64,000 nt of DNA from Hemiscyllium ocellatum (Eukaryota): positions 9,398,923-9,462,922 of the forward strand of contig NC_083449.1 in assembly GCF_020745735.1 (NCBI RefSeq), given 5' to 3'. The notes under the pieces were generated by a model. That model worked only from the letters and a program-made list of their open reading frames with translations, was not told the origin of the DNA and searched no databases. Shown in pieces: positions 11,470-24,732 of this stretch. Position numbers and translations under genes: made by a program. Each line of letters starts with the position of its first letter. The stretch's first letter is position 1.

Positions 11470-13212
11470 TCGGTAGGTCCGATCAAGGACAGTAGTGGGA
11501 GACTGTGTATTGAGTCGGAAGAGATAGGAAAGGTCTTGAATGAGTACTTTTCTTCAGTATTTACGAACGAGAGGGACCGTATTGTTGAAGAGGACAGTCT
11601 GAAACGGACTGGTAAGCTAAAAGAGATACTTGTTAGGAAGGAAGATGTGTTGGACATTTTGAACAACTTGAGGATAGACAAGTCCCCCAGGCCTGACGGG
11701 ATATATCCTAGGATTATGTGGGAAGCAAGAGAGGAAGTTGCAGTACCGTTGGCAATGATCTTTTCGTCTTCACTGTCAACGGAGGTGGTACCAGGGGACT
11801 GGAGAGTAGCGAATGTTGTGCCCCTGTTCAAAAAAGGGAATATGGATAACCCCGGGAATTACAGGCCAGTTAGTCTTACTTCTGTGGTAGGCAAAGTAAT
11901 GGAAAGGGTACTGAGGGATAGGATTTATGAGTATCTGGAAAGACACTGCTTGATTAGGGACAGCCAGCATGGATTTGTGAAGGGTAGGTCTTGCCTTACA
12001 AGTCTTATTGAATTCTTTGAGGAGGTGACCAAGCATGTGGATGAGGGTAGAGCAGTGGATGTAGTAGTGTACATGGATTTTAGTAAGGCATTTGATAATG
12101 TTCCCCATGGTAGGCTTATACAGAAAGTCAGGAAGCATGGGATAGAGGGAAATTTGGCCAATTGGATAGAAAACTGGCTAACCGGTCAAAGTCAGAGAGT
12201 GGTGGTAGATGGTAAATATTCAGCCTGGAGTCCAGTTACAAGTGGAGTTCCGCAGGGATCAGTTCTGGGTCCTCTGCTGTTTGTAATTTTTATTAATGAC
12301 TTGGATGAGGGAGTCGAAGGGTGGGTCAGTAAATTTGCAGATGATACAAAGATTGGTGGAGTTGTGGACAGTGAGGAGGGCTGTTGTCGGCTGCAAAGGG
12401 ACTTAGATATGATGCAGAGCTGGGCTGAGGAGTGGCAGATGGAGTTCAACCCTGCCAAGTGTGAGGTTGTCCATTTTGGAAGAACAAATAAGAATGCGGA
12501 ATACAGGGTTAACAGGGTTCTTAGTCAGGTGGAGGAACAGAGGGATCTTGGGGTCTATGTACATAGATCTTTGAAAGTTGCCACTCAGGTGGATAGAGTT
12601 TGTAAGAAGGCCTCTGGTGTATTAGCGTTCATTAGCAAAGGGATTGAATTCAAGAGTCGTGAAGTGATGTTGCAGCTGTACAGGACTTTGGTTAGGCCAC
12701 ATTTGGAGTACTGTGTGCAGTTCTGGTCGCCTCACTATAGGAAAGATGTGGAAGCTTTGGAGAGGGTGCAGAGAAGATTTACCAGGATGTTGCCTGGAAT
12801 GGAGAATAGGTCGTATGAGGATAGGTTGAGGGTTCTCGGCCTTTTCTCGTTGGAACGGCGAAGGATGAGGGGTGACTTGATAGAGGTTTATAAGATGATC
12901 AGAGGAATAGATAGAGTAGACAGTCAGAAACTTTTTCCCCGGGTACAACAGAGTGTTACAAGGGGACATAAATTTAAGGTGAAGGGTGGAAGGTATAGGG
13001 GAGATGTCAGGGGTGGGTTCTTTATCCAGAGAGTGGTGGGGGCATGGAATGCGCTGCCCATGGGAGTGGTGGAGTCAGAATCATTGGCGACCTTTAAGCG
13101 GCAATTGGATAGGTACATGGATGGGTGCTTAATCTAGGTTAGATGTTCGGCACAACATCGTGGGCCGAAGGGCCTGTTCTGTGCTGTATTGTTCTATGTT
13201 CTATGTTCTATG
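11470..13212 (+). mobile_element. 5'-truncated CR1-clade (HER1-like) LINE, young, with uninterrupted RT frame 11536-13137
   Basis: KSPRPDGIYPR, NYRPVSLTS, DFSKAFD, GVPQGSVLGPLLF and FADDTK motifs; (GTTCTAT)n 3' tail. Confidence 0.93.
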
Positions 13213-13758
13213 ATATTTCAGATCAATAATCAAACTCAACCACTGTCAGGTAGAGACTGAAGGTCGCAGAGATTAAAAAAACTGACAGGTACGTTATGAT
13301 AACTAACATTACATTCATATATTGGAAACTAGCACGGAAAGATTGGTAAATACACTCACATTTTTACACAATAGTAACTATCCAAGAAAGATTAATAAGT
13401 GCACTGCCATATTCACAATGCAGAAACTGACAGGAACAAGTTGATAACACTCGAATTTCACAGAACATGAACTGACAGGTACAGTTTGATAACTATTCAA
13501 GAACAAAGTCTGACAACCATATATTGAGAATGACACTTTTACACTGAGCAGAAATTGACAGACACAGATTGATAACTAAACTCACATTCACACAGCAGAA
13601 ACTGAGAGGGTAGATTTATAACAACAGTCACGCGCTTGAATTGCAATAACTAACAGGGACACATTAATTACAACGTTTACATGATCATGTGACAAGAATG
13701 GATCGGTCAATAAATGAATTTTCGTATTCGCAATGCCGGAAATGAGAGATGGAGACTC

Positions 13759-14713
13759 TGTGATGGTACTGTGGATTTAAGAGGTTTACTTTGTCCTTTT
13801 GTTCTTGATGAGCAAATTTAAGGTAGAGAATCCGAGCCATGAGAGCAAACAATTTGAAGCCTATTGGGTATCTTTACAGAAAGCTGAAGACTCATCAACA
13901 GAAATACTTCATGTTTGAGAAGGAGACCTTGAGTTTGTTACTTTTGGAGAAATTTAACAACCAAAATTACAGGCTGCTTAGATGAAGCTTATTATCACAA
14001 TCATTCAATTTGCTAATTAAGTACATGGCAGGATGAGAGAACCTAATCACCAAGGTCTTGTTGTGACTTGGATGAAAAAAGATGGAAGCGTTTCACAGCA
14101 GGAAACATTGGATGTCATAGTGAGTGTTTGCATGCTTAGAGTCAACAAAATGTACATGTATTGTGTACTAATAGTGTATGGCTAAACAACTTTTAAAAAT
14201 TATGCCATCCCTGTATATAGATGGGTTCCCTTTAAGAGGGGTGGAAGGTTTGATGATATTGTGGCTTTAAGATATTTCTTCTGTCTTTTCTTTCTTGTCG
14301 AGGAGAGATTTTATGGCAGAAGTGTGGAGAAGACACTAGAGTAAACAGTTTGAGGTTCTTTTTAAAGTTGGAACAACAGAAGCAGCCTGAATGGGTGTGG
14401 TCAAGCTCTCACAGAATGACATTTTTACTTTTGGCTTTCAGGAAAACTGTTGGTGTCAAGACAGGAAAGCTAGTTTTCCCCTCTCAGTTACAGTCAGAAG
14501 CTGCAGATTCTCTTCCTACTACTGGAGTTGGAGGTGACACTATCTATTTTATTGAATTTGCTTTTTGCCAAAGATGTTTATGGGATATTACTGTATTAGA
14601 ATACAGTAAATAGGAAGAGTTACTGTATGCATTATTCTGTTAAGTATTCCAACAGATTCAGTTGTTCCAATTCCTTCTTTATCGTGTTGTATGTGAACTA
14701 TTGTGGACATGAC
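13759..14713. mobile_element. Probable LTR-derived segment(s)
   Basis: TGTGATG...CATGACA ends with an internal repeat of the 5' end at ~14251; no clear TSD. Confidence 0.4.
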
Positions 14714-14864
14714 AAAATACACCTTTTAAAACAACACTATCACTCTCAGTGATTGCTACACTCATATTCACATAACAGAAATGGACTAGTACAGATAGAT
14801 AACTACACTGCCATATTTGCACCACATTAGAGCTAGACTGGCTGTAATGTAATGAGGGTTACGT

Positions 14865-15510
14865 CAGGTTCCACGCAATCAATTGTGTTAGGGGTCCCTC
14901 TACTCAGAGGCACAGACAGACATTTCTGCAGCCAGCAGCGAAAAATCAGAATGGTGTATTGTCTCCAATGGTGCCAGAATAAAGGATATCGCAAGGACGG
15001 TGCAGAATATTCTCAAAGGGAAGAGGGACCAGCAGGAAGTGAGTGCACACATTAGAACTAATAACATGGGAAGGGAAAGGATGAGATTCTGAAGGGAGAA
15101 TATAGAAATTTAGGCAGGAATTTAAGCTTGATGTCCTCGAGGGTACTAATATCTGGACAACTTCTGTTGCTCTGAGCTAGTGAGAGTAGGGATTGGATGA
15201 TAGAGCAGATGAATGTGTGATTGAGGTGCTAGCATAAAGGAGATGGGTTCACATTTTAGGATCACTGAAATCTCTTGTGGGATAGAAATGACCTGTACAA
15301 GAAGGACAGATTTCACCTGAATTGGAAAGGAACTAATATAATGGTAGGGAGATTTGCTAGAGCTGCTTGGAAGGATTTAAACTAGTAAGGTGGGGGACCC
15401 AGGGAAAAAGTGAGGAAAGAGATCAATGTGAGACTGGTATAGCTGGGAAAAGGAGTGAGTCAAACAGTCAGGGCAGGCAGGAACAAAACAGAGAATAAGG
15501 TAGGACTGAA
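14865..15510 (+). mobile_element. Degenerate CR1 ORF1 (SGNH esterase-like) fragment
   Basis: LLRGTDRHFC..RMVYCL segment; homologous to the 5' part of the CR1 at ~49250-49565(-). Confidence 0.6.
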
Positions 15511-15522
15511 GTTTTCCCCAAC

Positions 15523-16708
15523 TGTGACTCGGCCAACGTTGCCTATCTCGTACGCTGCAGGCAAGGATACCCCAAGGATTGGTACATTGGTGAGACTGAG
15601 CAGACACTATGACAATGGGTGACGGACACTGTACAACAATCACCAGGCAAGGGTGTTACCCTCAAGTCGGGGAACACTTCATCTGTTCAAGATATTCGGC
15701 CTAGGCCTTTCGGGTAACTATCCTCCAAGGCGGACTTCGGGACAAGCAACAACGCAAAGTGGCCTAGCAGAGGCTGATAGCCCAGTTTGGTAGCGATGAG
15801 GATGGACTCAAGTGGGATCTTGGGTTCATGTCACGCTACAGGTGACCCCAATGAACTACACACTCCATCACAGACCCAGACGCACATCCCCACATGCGCA
15901 CACACTCCTACATATTCTCACACTAACATAGACCCTCTCTCATCTCCAAGCTCAATCTCATATGCACACACACACATCCCCCACACTCACCCACGCATGC
16001 ACCCTCTCACAGGGTTATATCCCATCACACCTACACACTACTTTACCAAGCTTACTCTTTCCCTTTGTCTGTCTGTCTGTCTCTCTTTCTTTCTGCCTCT
16101 CTGTCTCTCGTTCTCTGTCTCTCGTTCTCTGTCTCTCGTTCTCTGTCTCTCGTTCTCTGTCTCTCGTTCTCTGTCTCCCTCTCCCTCCCTCTGTCTCCCT
16201 CTCCTTTTGTCTCCCTCTCTCTGTCTGCCAAGTACACACATATAAGTTTATGCAGTGAACCTGTATTTGCAGAATTTTATTTTGTTCAAAAATGCATAAC
16301 CTACAGTCAATCCATGCAAGATTCTGTAAATCCCACTTTACAAATAGAATCAGTCTGTCTCCAGATTAGGACACAAACAGACTTTAGCCTCACACCTTGA
16401 AAGCATTGCCTGGGCCGAGATGACACATTTTCTTAGAACACCTGAAGTTATCTTGAGAATGTGACTATGACTTAACAGGAATTCTGGGGTATACGTATTA
16501 AATAGTCAAAGCCATTTAAAAAGATGAAACACTTAATCTCAGATTGTTGAAGATGTATCAGCCTCACGAATCTGTAATCTTTTGCTATAAATTCTGTACT
16601 TTATTGGTCTTGCGTCACAACCACCTGACGAAAAAGCGGCACTATGAAAGCTAAGTCCTTCCAAATAAACCTGTTGGACTATAACCTGGTGTTGTGTGAG
16701 TTTTAACT
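15523..16708 (+). mobile_element. Penelope-like element family 2, 3' part (degenerate GIY-YIG + 3' region + decayed hammerhead ~16622-16657)
   Basis: CDSANVAYLVRCRQGYPKDWYIGETEQTL. Related pieces at 37505-37690, 41641-41723, 42190-42660, 45010-45100, 52390-52477 and 53122-53850. Confidence 0.75.
16066..16228 (+). repeat. Pyrimidine-rich tandem repeat including a 14-bp unit TCTCTGTCTCTCGT
   Basis: Direct inspection; lies inside the family-2 PLE. Confidence 0.9.
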
Positions 16709-16771
16709 CTGAAGATTCACATTGAGTCCCAACCTAACCATTCATAGTGAAGTTAACGTTCCTGCAAACAA

Positions 16772-16838
16772 ACCAATCAGGAACCAGGCTTTCCCCCATC
16801 CTGTATTAGCATTGTGACGCCCTCACTGTATCAAAACC
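16772..16838 (+). promoter_or_regulatory. H2B promoter: CCAAT, octamer-like ATTAGCAT, half-CRE, degenerate TATA (GTATCAAAA)
   Basis: Aligns with the second H2B promoter, which has the intact motifs. Confidence 0.7.
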
Positions 16839-16888
16839 GAGCTCCGAGCCCACTTTCCCTTATTCTGTTTCTGACATTGAACGGGACG

Positions 16889-17269
16889 ATGGCAGAGGAA
16901 AAGAAAGCGCAGCAACCCTCCAAGAAGGGCGCTAAGAAAGCGGTGAAGAGGGCGCCAGCGAAGGGCGCCAAGAAACGGAAAAGGTCCAGGAAAGAAAGTT
17001 ACTCCATCTACATCTACAAAGTGATGAAGCAGGTTCACCCTGACACCGGCATCTCTTCCAAGGCCATGAGCATCATGAACTCGTTCGTCAAAGATATTTT
17101 CGAGCGCATCGCGGGGGAGGCTTCCCGCCTGGCCCATTACAACAAGCGCAGCACCATCAGCTCCCGGGAGATCCAGACCGCCGTGCGGCTGCTGCTGCCC
17201 GGGGAGCTGGCCAAGCACGCCGTGTCGGAGGGCACAAAGGCGGTGACCAAGTACACCAGCTCCAAGTGA
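16889..17269 (+). CDS. H2B: Histone H2B (replication-dependent type), 126 aa; carries K at canonical N67
   Basis: ATG at 16889 (MAEEKK...). Canonical core [27 protein letters not shown]...TKYTSSK, intronless, with a downstream stem-loop. The ORF-track upstream GTG extension is not a eukaryotic start. Confidence 0.97.
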   Translation: MAEEKKAQQPSKKGAKKAVKRAPAKGAKKRKRSRKESYSIYIYKVMKQVHPDTGISSKAMSIMNSFVKDIFERIAGEASRLAHYNKRSTISSREIQTAVRLLLPGELAKHAVSEGTKAVTKYTSSK

Positions 17270-17322
17270 ATGTGCACTGAAACATGTCCACTGCACTGAA
17301 ACAAACACATCCACAACCCAAA

Positions 17323-17338
17323 GGCTCTTTTAAGAGCC
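17323..17338 (+). terminator. Histone 3' stem-loop (SLBP site), followed by an HDE-like GAAGCGGCTG
   Basis: CCAAA-GGCTCT-TTTA-AGAGCC-ACC. Confidence 0.95.
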
Positions 17339-18055
17339 ACCTACAACTTCCCTGAAGCGGCTGAACCATTGTTTCTGGGTATGTACAATTAATGTCTCTG
17401 CGACAGTTGTGTTTATAAATATTTATAAATTGAGTGATCGCTGATCCTGTGCGCGCCTTATTCTCGGACGTATATCCTGTACCCACTGCCTGAGACAGAG
17501 ATCACGTTAAATCCCGCCCACAATCAAAAGAAACATTTCCCTCCAAGTTCTATTTTACTTTATTTTTCATTTCCAAATCCCCACAGAAATATTGTCCGGA
17601 TGCTGATTGTGGTAAATGAGGCTTTCTGCTGTTGGTGAGAGATATTCAAAATGAGCCGAAATAAAACTAGAACACCTACAGAAATGGCACAGTAAATGTG
17701 GAGCTTTGACTGATCTATGAACGTGTGCTGTAGGGAATGCAACGTTAAAATATTCTCGAAAGACTGCGTTCGCTATTGATCCGCTCATTCGGGAGAACGT
17801 AATCTCATGTTTTATCAGTAACTCGGGGTGCTTTGCAATGTGAAATAAATTATTAGTTCTGGAGTTAATGGTTTCGTGCCTTTTCTGTTTAATGTACAGA
17901 AAATTCCATTCGAGATCAGAAATGGGCAGATTCAAGTAGGCTTGGGTATGAGGTGAAGGGAGATAATGTAAAGTGTACACGTTTAATGTTGAAGTAAATT
18001 AACTCGAGTATTTGTCTATTCCTTAGTATAAAACTACCTCCTTGTCCGTACATAT

Positions 18056-18247
18056 TGGCGGGCTTTTCAAATTGGAAATAAGCAGTTGATGATTTGGCGC
18101 CGGTACTTTCCGCCCTCCTCCCTGTGCCCTCTCCGGATTGGGGAATGAGGCAGATATCTGATTGGGAATTGAAACAACATTAGGAGGGGCTGAACAATGG
18201 GACCAATCAGAAATGGCCGTCCCACCATTCCTCCCGAAGGTATAAGA
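18056..18247 (+). promoter_or_regulatory. H2A promoter: E2F-like TTTGGCGC, two CCAAT boxes (one per strand), TATAAGA
   Basis: Motifs are visible in the sequence; near-identical block upstream of the H2A pseudogene at ~43070-43265. Confidence 0.8.
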
Positions 18248-18264
18248 GGCCGCAATGTGTATAA

Positions 18265-18687
<423 letters not shown>

Positions 18688-18715
18688 AGTGTATTCTTGA
18701 ATCTGACAACCCAAA

Positions 18716-18731
18716 GGCTCTTTTAAGAGCC
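18716..18731 (+). terminator. Histone 3' stem-loop with a purine-rich HDE (GAAAGGAGCT) downstream
   Basis: GGCTCTTTTAAGAGCC. Confidence 0.95.
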
Positions 18732-19429
18732 ACTCACAGCATCTGTGAAAGGAGCTCTCCCTTCCATCGGATTGAATTACCTTCCTGTGGCCACTTGTCT
18801 TGTACGTTATACTGTATTTAGGAAGAGCTGAATTGCCACTGTGCTGTAAGTTTTGAGTGGTCGCTGACCCTCTGTTTTATTGTGTTCGTGTGTAAGATCC
18901 TTTGCCTGGCCGTAGAGAGGGAGCATAATAGAAGCTACAGTCTCTTTCAGCTTCTTCCAGTTGTTTCAGTTCTTTAATAGTCAAATCAGTTCGGTAGCAA
19001 CACGCCCCCATGGGGTATGAGCCTGAGTTTGATCTCCGGCAAGCAGAACAAGTGCCCTCTCTTTGAATTCCACGGATAGATTCATTAACGCTTTTTAGAT
19101 TTCAGAATACCGATGGTGTTGTCTGATTGCAGAAGGCTCTGAAAGAGGTGGTTTGCTGTCAAAACTTTTAAAATGAAGAGGTCAAACCAGAGCAGTTGCC
19201 TCACTGTAAGAGTCGGTCAAGCAGCATAGATACAGACCCTATTGGTCCAACCAGACCATACCCACTATAATCTCAAACTAGACTAGTTCCAATTGCCTGT
19301 TCTTGTCCCATAACCCTTTGAAACTTTCCTTATCATGTACTTATCCAAATGCCTTTTAAATATTGTGACTGTATCCACGTCCATCACCTGCTTTGGAAGT
19401 TAATTCACACAAACCACATCAGCTCCCCA

Positions 19430-19822
19430 TATGAGCACATGCGTGAGGCCCCCACCCTTCACTGCTGCCATTGAGGAGCATTTACTCAGTGAGTGCAAGA
19501 GGTTTGTTTGAAACAGACCGCAATGGAGAGATCAGCGCCCAGGAAAGCGACGGAACAGCAGGCCCCTTCCAGCAGCACATCGGGATGGGAGCCTGGGACA
19601 CAGAGGGGGCTCCGAGACCGGGATTGATTCGGGGTGAGTTCAGGGAGAACCGGGGGCTGTTTGTAAGAGGCCGAGCGGAGCAGGAACTGGTCCCGGAATT
19701 TGGAGTGAGCGGGCTGGGGGGAAGAGAGAGGCCTTTCTCGGGCTGTGTGTGGGCCTGCTGAGGGAGGCAGAGCGGGAAGAAGCTGCTGTGGGACATTCTT
19801 GTGGTTTTTAATTCCCTAAATA
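19430..19822 (+). promoter_or_regulatory. Conserved GC-rich promoter / putative first exon, copy 2 (donor GT at 19634)
   Basis: Near-identical to 2725-3118; ~0.7 kb downstream of the H2A stem-loop. Confidence 0.65.
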
Positions 19823-22800
19823 CGGATGGAAATTTATTGTTTGGCTTCTGTTTCCTGCTATTTGTTGCGAATAGACATTGAATTGTTGGGAAATACAGGA
19901 GTTATCTAAATGTGACAGTAGTGCCCGTTGTTCGTTCTTCTACAGTTAGTGTATTGGGAGCTGAATATTGAACTGGGTAATCATTCTACTTATGAAACTA
20001 TGCAGATGTTGGTTAGTTTTTGTACCATAGTAAACTGTTTTAGAATTTCTCAAATAGAAAAACACTGGGAGGGGCGCAGTGCTGGAGCGTAGCCGGGCCT
20101 TGCTCTGTTCACCTTGCCCTGTTCAAAAACGAAGAATTGTCATGATCATCTGAATGTGGCATTGATCAATTGATGTCTTTCCTCTCAGCTGATGGTGATT
20201 TACAGGAGATATCTCTCTTGTCTTCCTCCAGGCAAATGATTGGACCAAGATAATGCACGTTCCCTCAGTACAAAGACAAGTGTGACCAGCTGCTTCTAAC
20301 AACTAACAGGTATGTTACTGTTGGATTGGAGAACGGCCTTTCCTCTGTGTGGATTGAGTCAGACACACCTTGAGCTGCATTTTCTAGAAGTACACGTTCA
20401 ACCCAAGAGTCAAACACAACTGATGAAATTTTTTTAAAAAATTTCACCCTGTACTAAACGCACAACAGATCAGTTTCAATATAAGTGCCATTATGCATAG
20501 TCTATTATCATTTGCAATATCAGAAGAGAGATAGACATTCAGGAACTGCATTAACTCGTAGTAAAGGCCATTTTAAAGTTACAATCAAGGTGAACAAACA
20601 GATCATGCTGTCACATTGTTACAGCAAGGATTTCTGAAGGAGATATTGAGTGCAGACATAGAATGAAATTTTGGCATTATCAATAACTGAGAAGGACATT
20701 GTTCTTGATAAATAGAAGTCCTATGCTAAAGGTACAACAATTAAACTGTGTAAATTCCAGATGAACCTCTGAGCCAAAACCTGATGTAGAGAGAATGCTG
20801 CCTACATCTATATACACATAGACAACCACCATCTCCAACCTGCCCTTCATGTCTGTGCTTGCATGCATATACACACACCATTCTCTCTGTTAATTGATTT
20901 TAAGTAGTTGCAAATTTGTACACCATCTTGAAATATGCATTCCAACATCTAACAGTAATGAAAATCCATATACACAGCAACTAGCAGAAAACATTACATC
21001 AAACTGATTTCTACTCTCATGTCAAGTCAAATATACAGCACCGAATAAGTCTCTTCAAATTATTAAACGTGACTAATCAAAGACAGTCCATAACAACATA
21101 ACAGTTGACTGAGCTAACTATTCTAATCTGTTTCAACCAGCATTCATTTTCCATAAAACAGAGAAGTTGTCATCCCCATGTGTATCGGAATGTGATTCTC
21201 CATTTCATTATTTTGTAGTTATTTTCTTTTTCTGCCAGCAAGAGCATTTTTTATTATTCTATATGTATTTCAAAATTCCTTTTGATTTTCTATGAAGAGC
21301 CCTGCATTCCTCTTGACACTCCCTTCATTATAGTACAAAAAAAAAGCAAGGAAGCAGGATATAGTTTTGTGAAGGAATCATTGGAATTGGATCATTATTT
21401 AAAGCATTGCTGGGTTGATATTTAAAGCAACAAGAGTTGATAAATTGTCAAATTCAAATTAATGAACCATTTAAATATTCTTTGCAGAATGGTGGAAAAT
21501 AAGTCCTTTTCATTTCCCCCTCCCTACTATAGAGCAACGCAAGAGTCTGCTAATGGCTTGCACCAGATCATGTCCATATGCGTAAGTAAAATAGAATTGG
21601 CCAATTCTCTTTCCTGTACAAGGAACACTGTGGTCAGTCAGCTGCAATGCAGTTGAAGTGTTCCCTTAGTTGCAAGTGGGTTTGGTTAATACTGATTATT
21701 AATTCATGGGTTAAAATGTCACTGTGCAAAAATTAATAGCATCCTGAAAACCAGACCTTGATATCCCCATTGTTCCCAGTTAGATGCTGCACTATAGGAG
21801 TTACAAAAGTCCATTGCTTTCAACTGTTGATTCTGAAGAAAAACCAGCAGCTTTTCTGCTGCAATGTGATGCATGCTCACCTGTCCATGGATCCTCTCAG
21901 CACTAAAGATAAAGAACATTGGTTGTGGACATTATCAAACTAAATGTGCAGTGCCAGAGATTAACAGATATACAAACACATCCACTTTCACTGACAGGAG
22001 TTGACTCCAGTGACAGTAGATAGTACCTCCTTCATGTCAAGTAGTAGAAGTTTGAACAATGGAAGTACTCTTGCAGTTCCTAAAAGGGACGTGTTTCAAT
22101 TTGAATGACACGGAAGCACTGTGAAACGCAATAACCAAGTATAAGGAGCTCATTGATATCTAGTATCAGAGAGTGAATGAAACCCATTCTCACACTGAGC
22201 CTGGTGCTGATGAACACACACTTTCTCCACACTCATTCCAGTTGAGGGACTGAGTAATGCAGAAGTATTTCCATACTTTTTAATACATGAAACACTGATT
22301 TATAAGGTGTTAAACCTACCTCATAAAATGTATCAGATCATGACCTGCAGAACGGGAAACAAGGCAACATTCAAAAAGTGTCAGTGTGATATAGACCAAT
22401 GCCATTCCTTTAAAGTGATACAGATTGGCAGCACAACAGAAAACTCACTCTCACACAGCCAGTTAATGCTGAAAGGGGAAAAAAAAATGGAATTTAGGCC
22501 CAGGTATTTACCAATATGGACAGTTATAAATTGATTCACCAAACCATTAATTACTTCAGTTAGTGTCTGATGTTACATCTTGCAGTATCCAGCAGCAACT
22601 GATAACGACTCCTGCAAACACAACATATTAAAAAAAAAAGTCTGAATGGAATAAATTTCAGATTCATGGCAAAGATAAATATTAAGAGCTGAAAATGTGT
22701 TGCTGGTTAAAGCACAGCAGGTCAGGCGGCATCCAAGGAACAGGAAATTCGACGTTTCGGGCCAGAGCCCTCCTTCATGAATGAGCTGAATGAGAAAGAT

Positions 22801-23999
22801 AAATATTAAACCAATATTAATCACTCAATCACAAAAGGTTAGTGAATATTGAGAGTTTATCCTGTGCTCAGACCAAAAAAACACAACTGAACATGGAAAG
22901 AGAATGAGATCCACATACTCTACCTGGTGTTGTTGCATACAAACAAAACTGGCACGATAGTTATCAAAGACAGGTAACTACAGAAATAATCTCTAATTTG
23001 CATTTAGATAGAGATACAGGCAGTGAGTGGATAAAGTTCAGAATCCCAACAGTTAGTTGAAACTCTTTTGGAGAACAGGTGAAGAACAGACTGGGCTGAA
23101 TGGCTGTACCAATTCTGTGACTCTGTCATAAATGACATGATGCAGAAGAGATTCAGGCCCAATCACAACACCCGAAAATCAACTATCACAGAATCAATTT
23201 CAGTCACCAACAATTCTGTTTCCTAAATTCATTCATGGGGTGAGGGCATCACTGGCTAGGCCAGCATTTATTGCCCATCCCTAACTGCCCAGGGGGTAGT
23301 TATGTGTCAGCCACATTGCTGTGGGTCTGGAGACACATGTCGGCTAGACCAGGTAAGGATGGCAGCTTCCTTCCTTAAAGGACATTAGTGAACCAGATGG
23401 GTTTTTCAGGCAAGCAAGAATAGATCCGTTGTCATCATTGGACTCTTAGAATATTATTGGCTGTCAGCAAATTAAGCAACTGTGCCTGAGAGTTGAAAGT
23501 GGCTGGTACTGATTGAGCACTTGACTCAGTCACACAGCACAAACTGATGAGGACAGAGATTCCTGAACTCTCATGTGGACACAACGGGAACTGACAGGTA
23601 TAGATTGATAGCTGCTCTCACATATTCACTCTGCAGAAACTGAAAGAGAGAGCATGATACTTAAACACACACCACTCCCCGCATGTACTTTACAAACACT
23701 GGCAGGTACAATCTGATAAATGCATTTGCACATTTATAAACTAGACGTTGACAGATACGGATTCATAGTTACATCCTGAGATACACAGAGCAGAATATAA
23801 CAGGGACAGATTGAACAATCACACTCATTTGCACATGACAGGACATTTCAGAGGATGACTGAAAACTGCATTCTCATTCACAAAGCAGAGACTGACAGGA
23901 GCAGATTGATACCACTCTCTGTTTCAAATTACTTGTATGGTTTGCTAATGACACTGGCATATTTACGGGAGAAACTGACAGGTTGAGATTGATGACAAA

Positions 24000-24732
24000 A
24001 GAAATCTGAGTTACATTTGGAGGTCTAGTGACCCTTCCTCAGAGCTGATTGTCTGCATTTTCCTAGCTGCTGTGTGGTCTTCTGTATTCTGGGGAAACAG
24101 AGTGTAGATTGGGTGTCCACAATGCAGAGCACCTATATTCTGTCCAGAAAAAAAAGACTCTGAGCTTCCAATTGCCTGCCACTTCAACACACCACCCTGT
24201 TCCCTGGCCAACATCTCTGTCTCAGACTTGCTGTATTGCTCCAGTGAAGCTCAGTGCAAGCTGGAAGAACTGCACCTCATTTTCTGCTTGGGAACTCGAC
24301 AGCCTTCTGCACTCGATATTGGGTTCAACGCCTTTAGAACCAGAGCTCTCCCGTGTCATTACCCGAATTCCCCCACACCTGGCAGTGTTATCACATAGTA
24401 TACTATTATACACCAACAATTACTAACAGTCCTTATTAACAGCTATTCATCCTCCTCGTCTGACCGTGATCCACTCCTTTGTCTGTGCAACTGTTCTTCC
24501 CTGTCTATGGATTCTATCTCCATATATCATTTACTCCATACCCTTCAACACACCCTATCTTCTGCACAGAAACTAATATTTTCCTGGCTACCATCAGTTC
24601 TCAGGAAGGGTTACTTGATTGGAAATTTTTATGTCTAATTTTCTCCACAAGCTCTATCAGACCTGCTGAGCTTTTCCAGCAATTTAGTTTTGTTTCTGAT
24701 TTCCAGCATTTGCAGTTCTTTTGTTTTTTATT
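24000..24732 (+). mobile_element. Penelope-like element family 4, 3' fragment with inverted 5' piece
   Basis: LPIACHFNTPPCSLANISV...KLEELHLIFCLGTRQP (GIY-YIG C-terminal); decayed hammerheads at ~24007-24047(-) and ~24597-24635(+). Confidence 0.65.

Noticed and set aside
16814-16888. N-terminal extensions of H2B/H2A in the ORF track
   Set aside because: GTG/TTG starts that lie in promoter or 5' UTR sequence.
16823-17314. Long antisense ORFs over histone genes (also 18067-18546, 40872-41384)
   Set aside because: Expected shadows of GC3-rich histone codon usage.
18970-19050. tRNA-like B-box (GAGTTTGATCTCC) downstream of H2A
   Set aside because: No convincing cloverleaf or A box; the paralogue at 440-490 does not preserve it.
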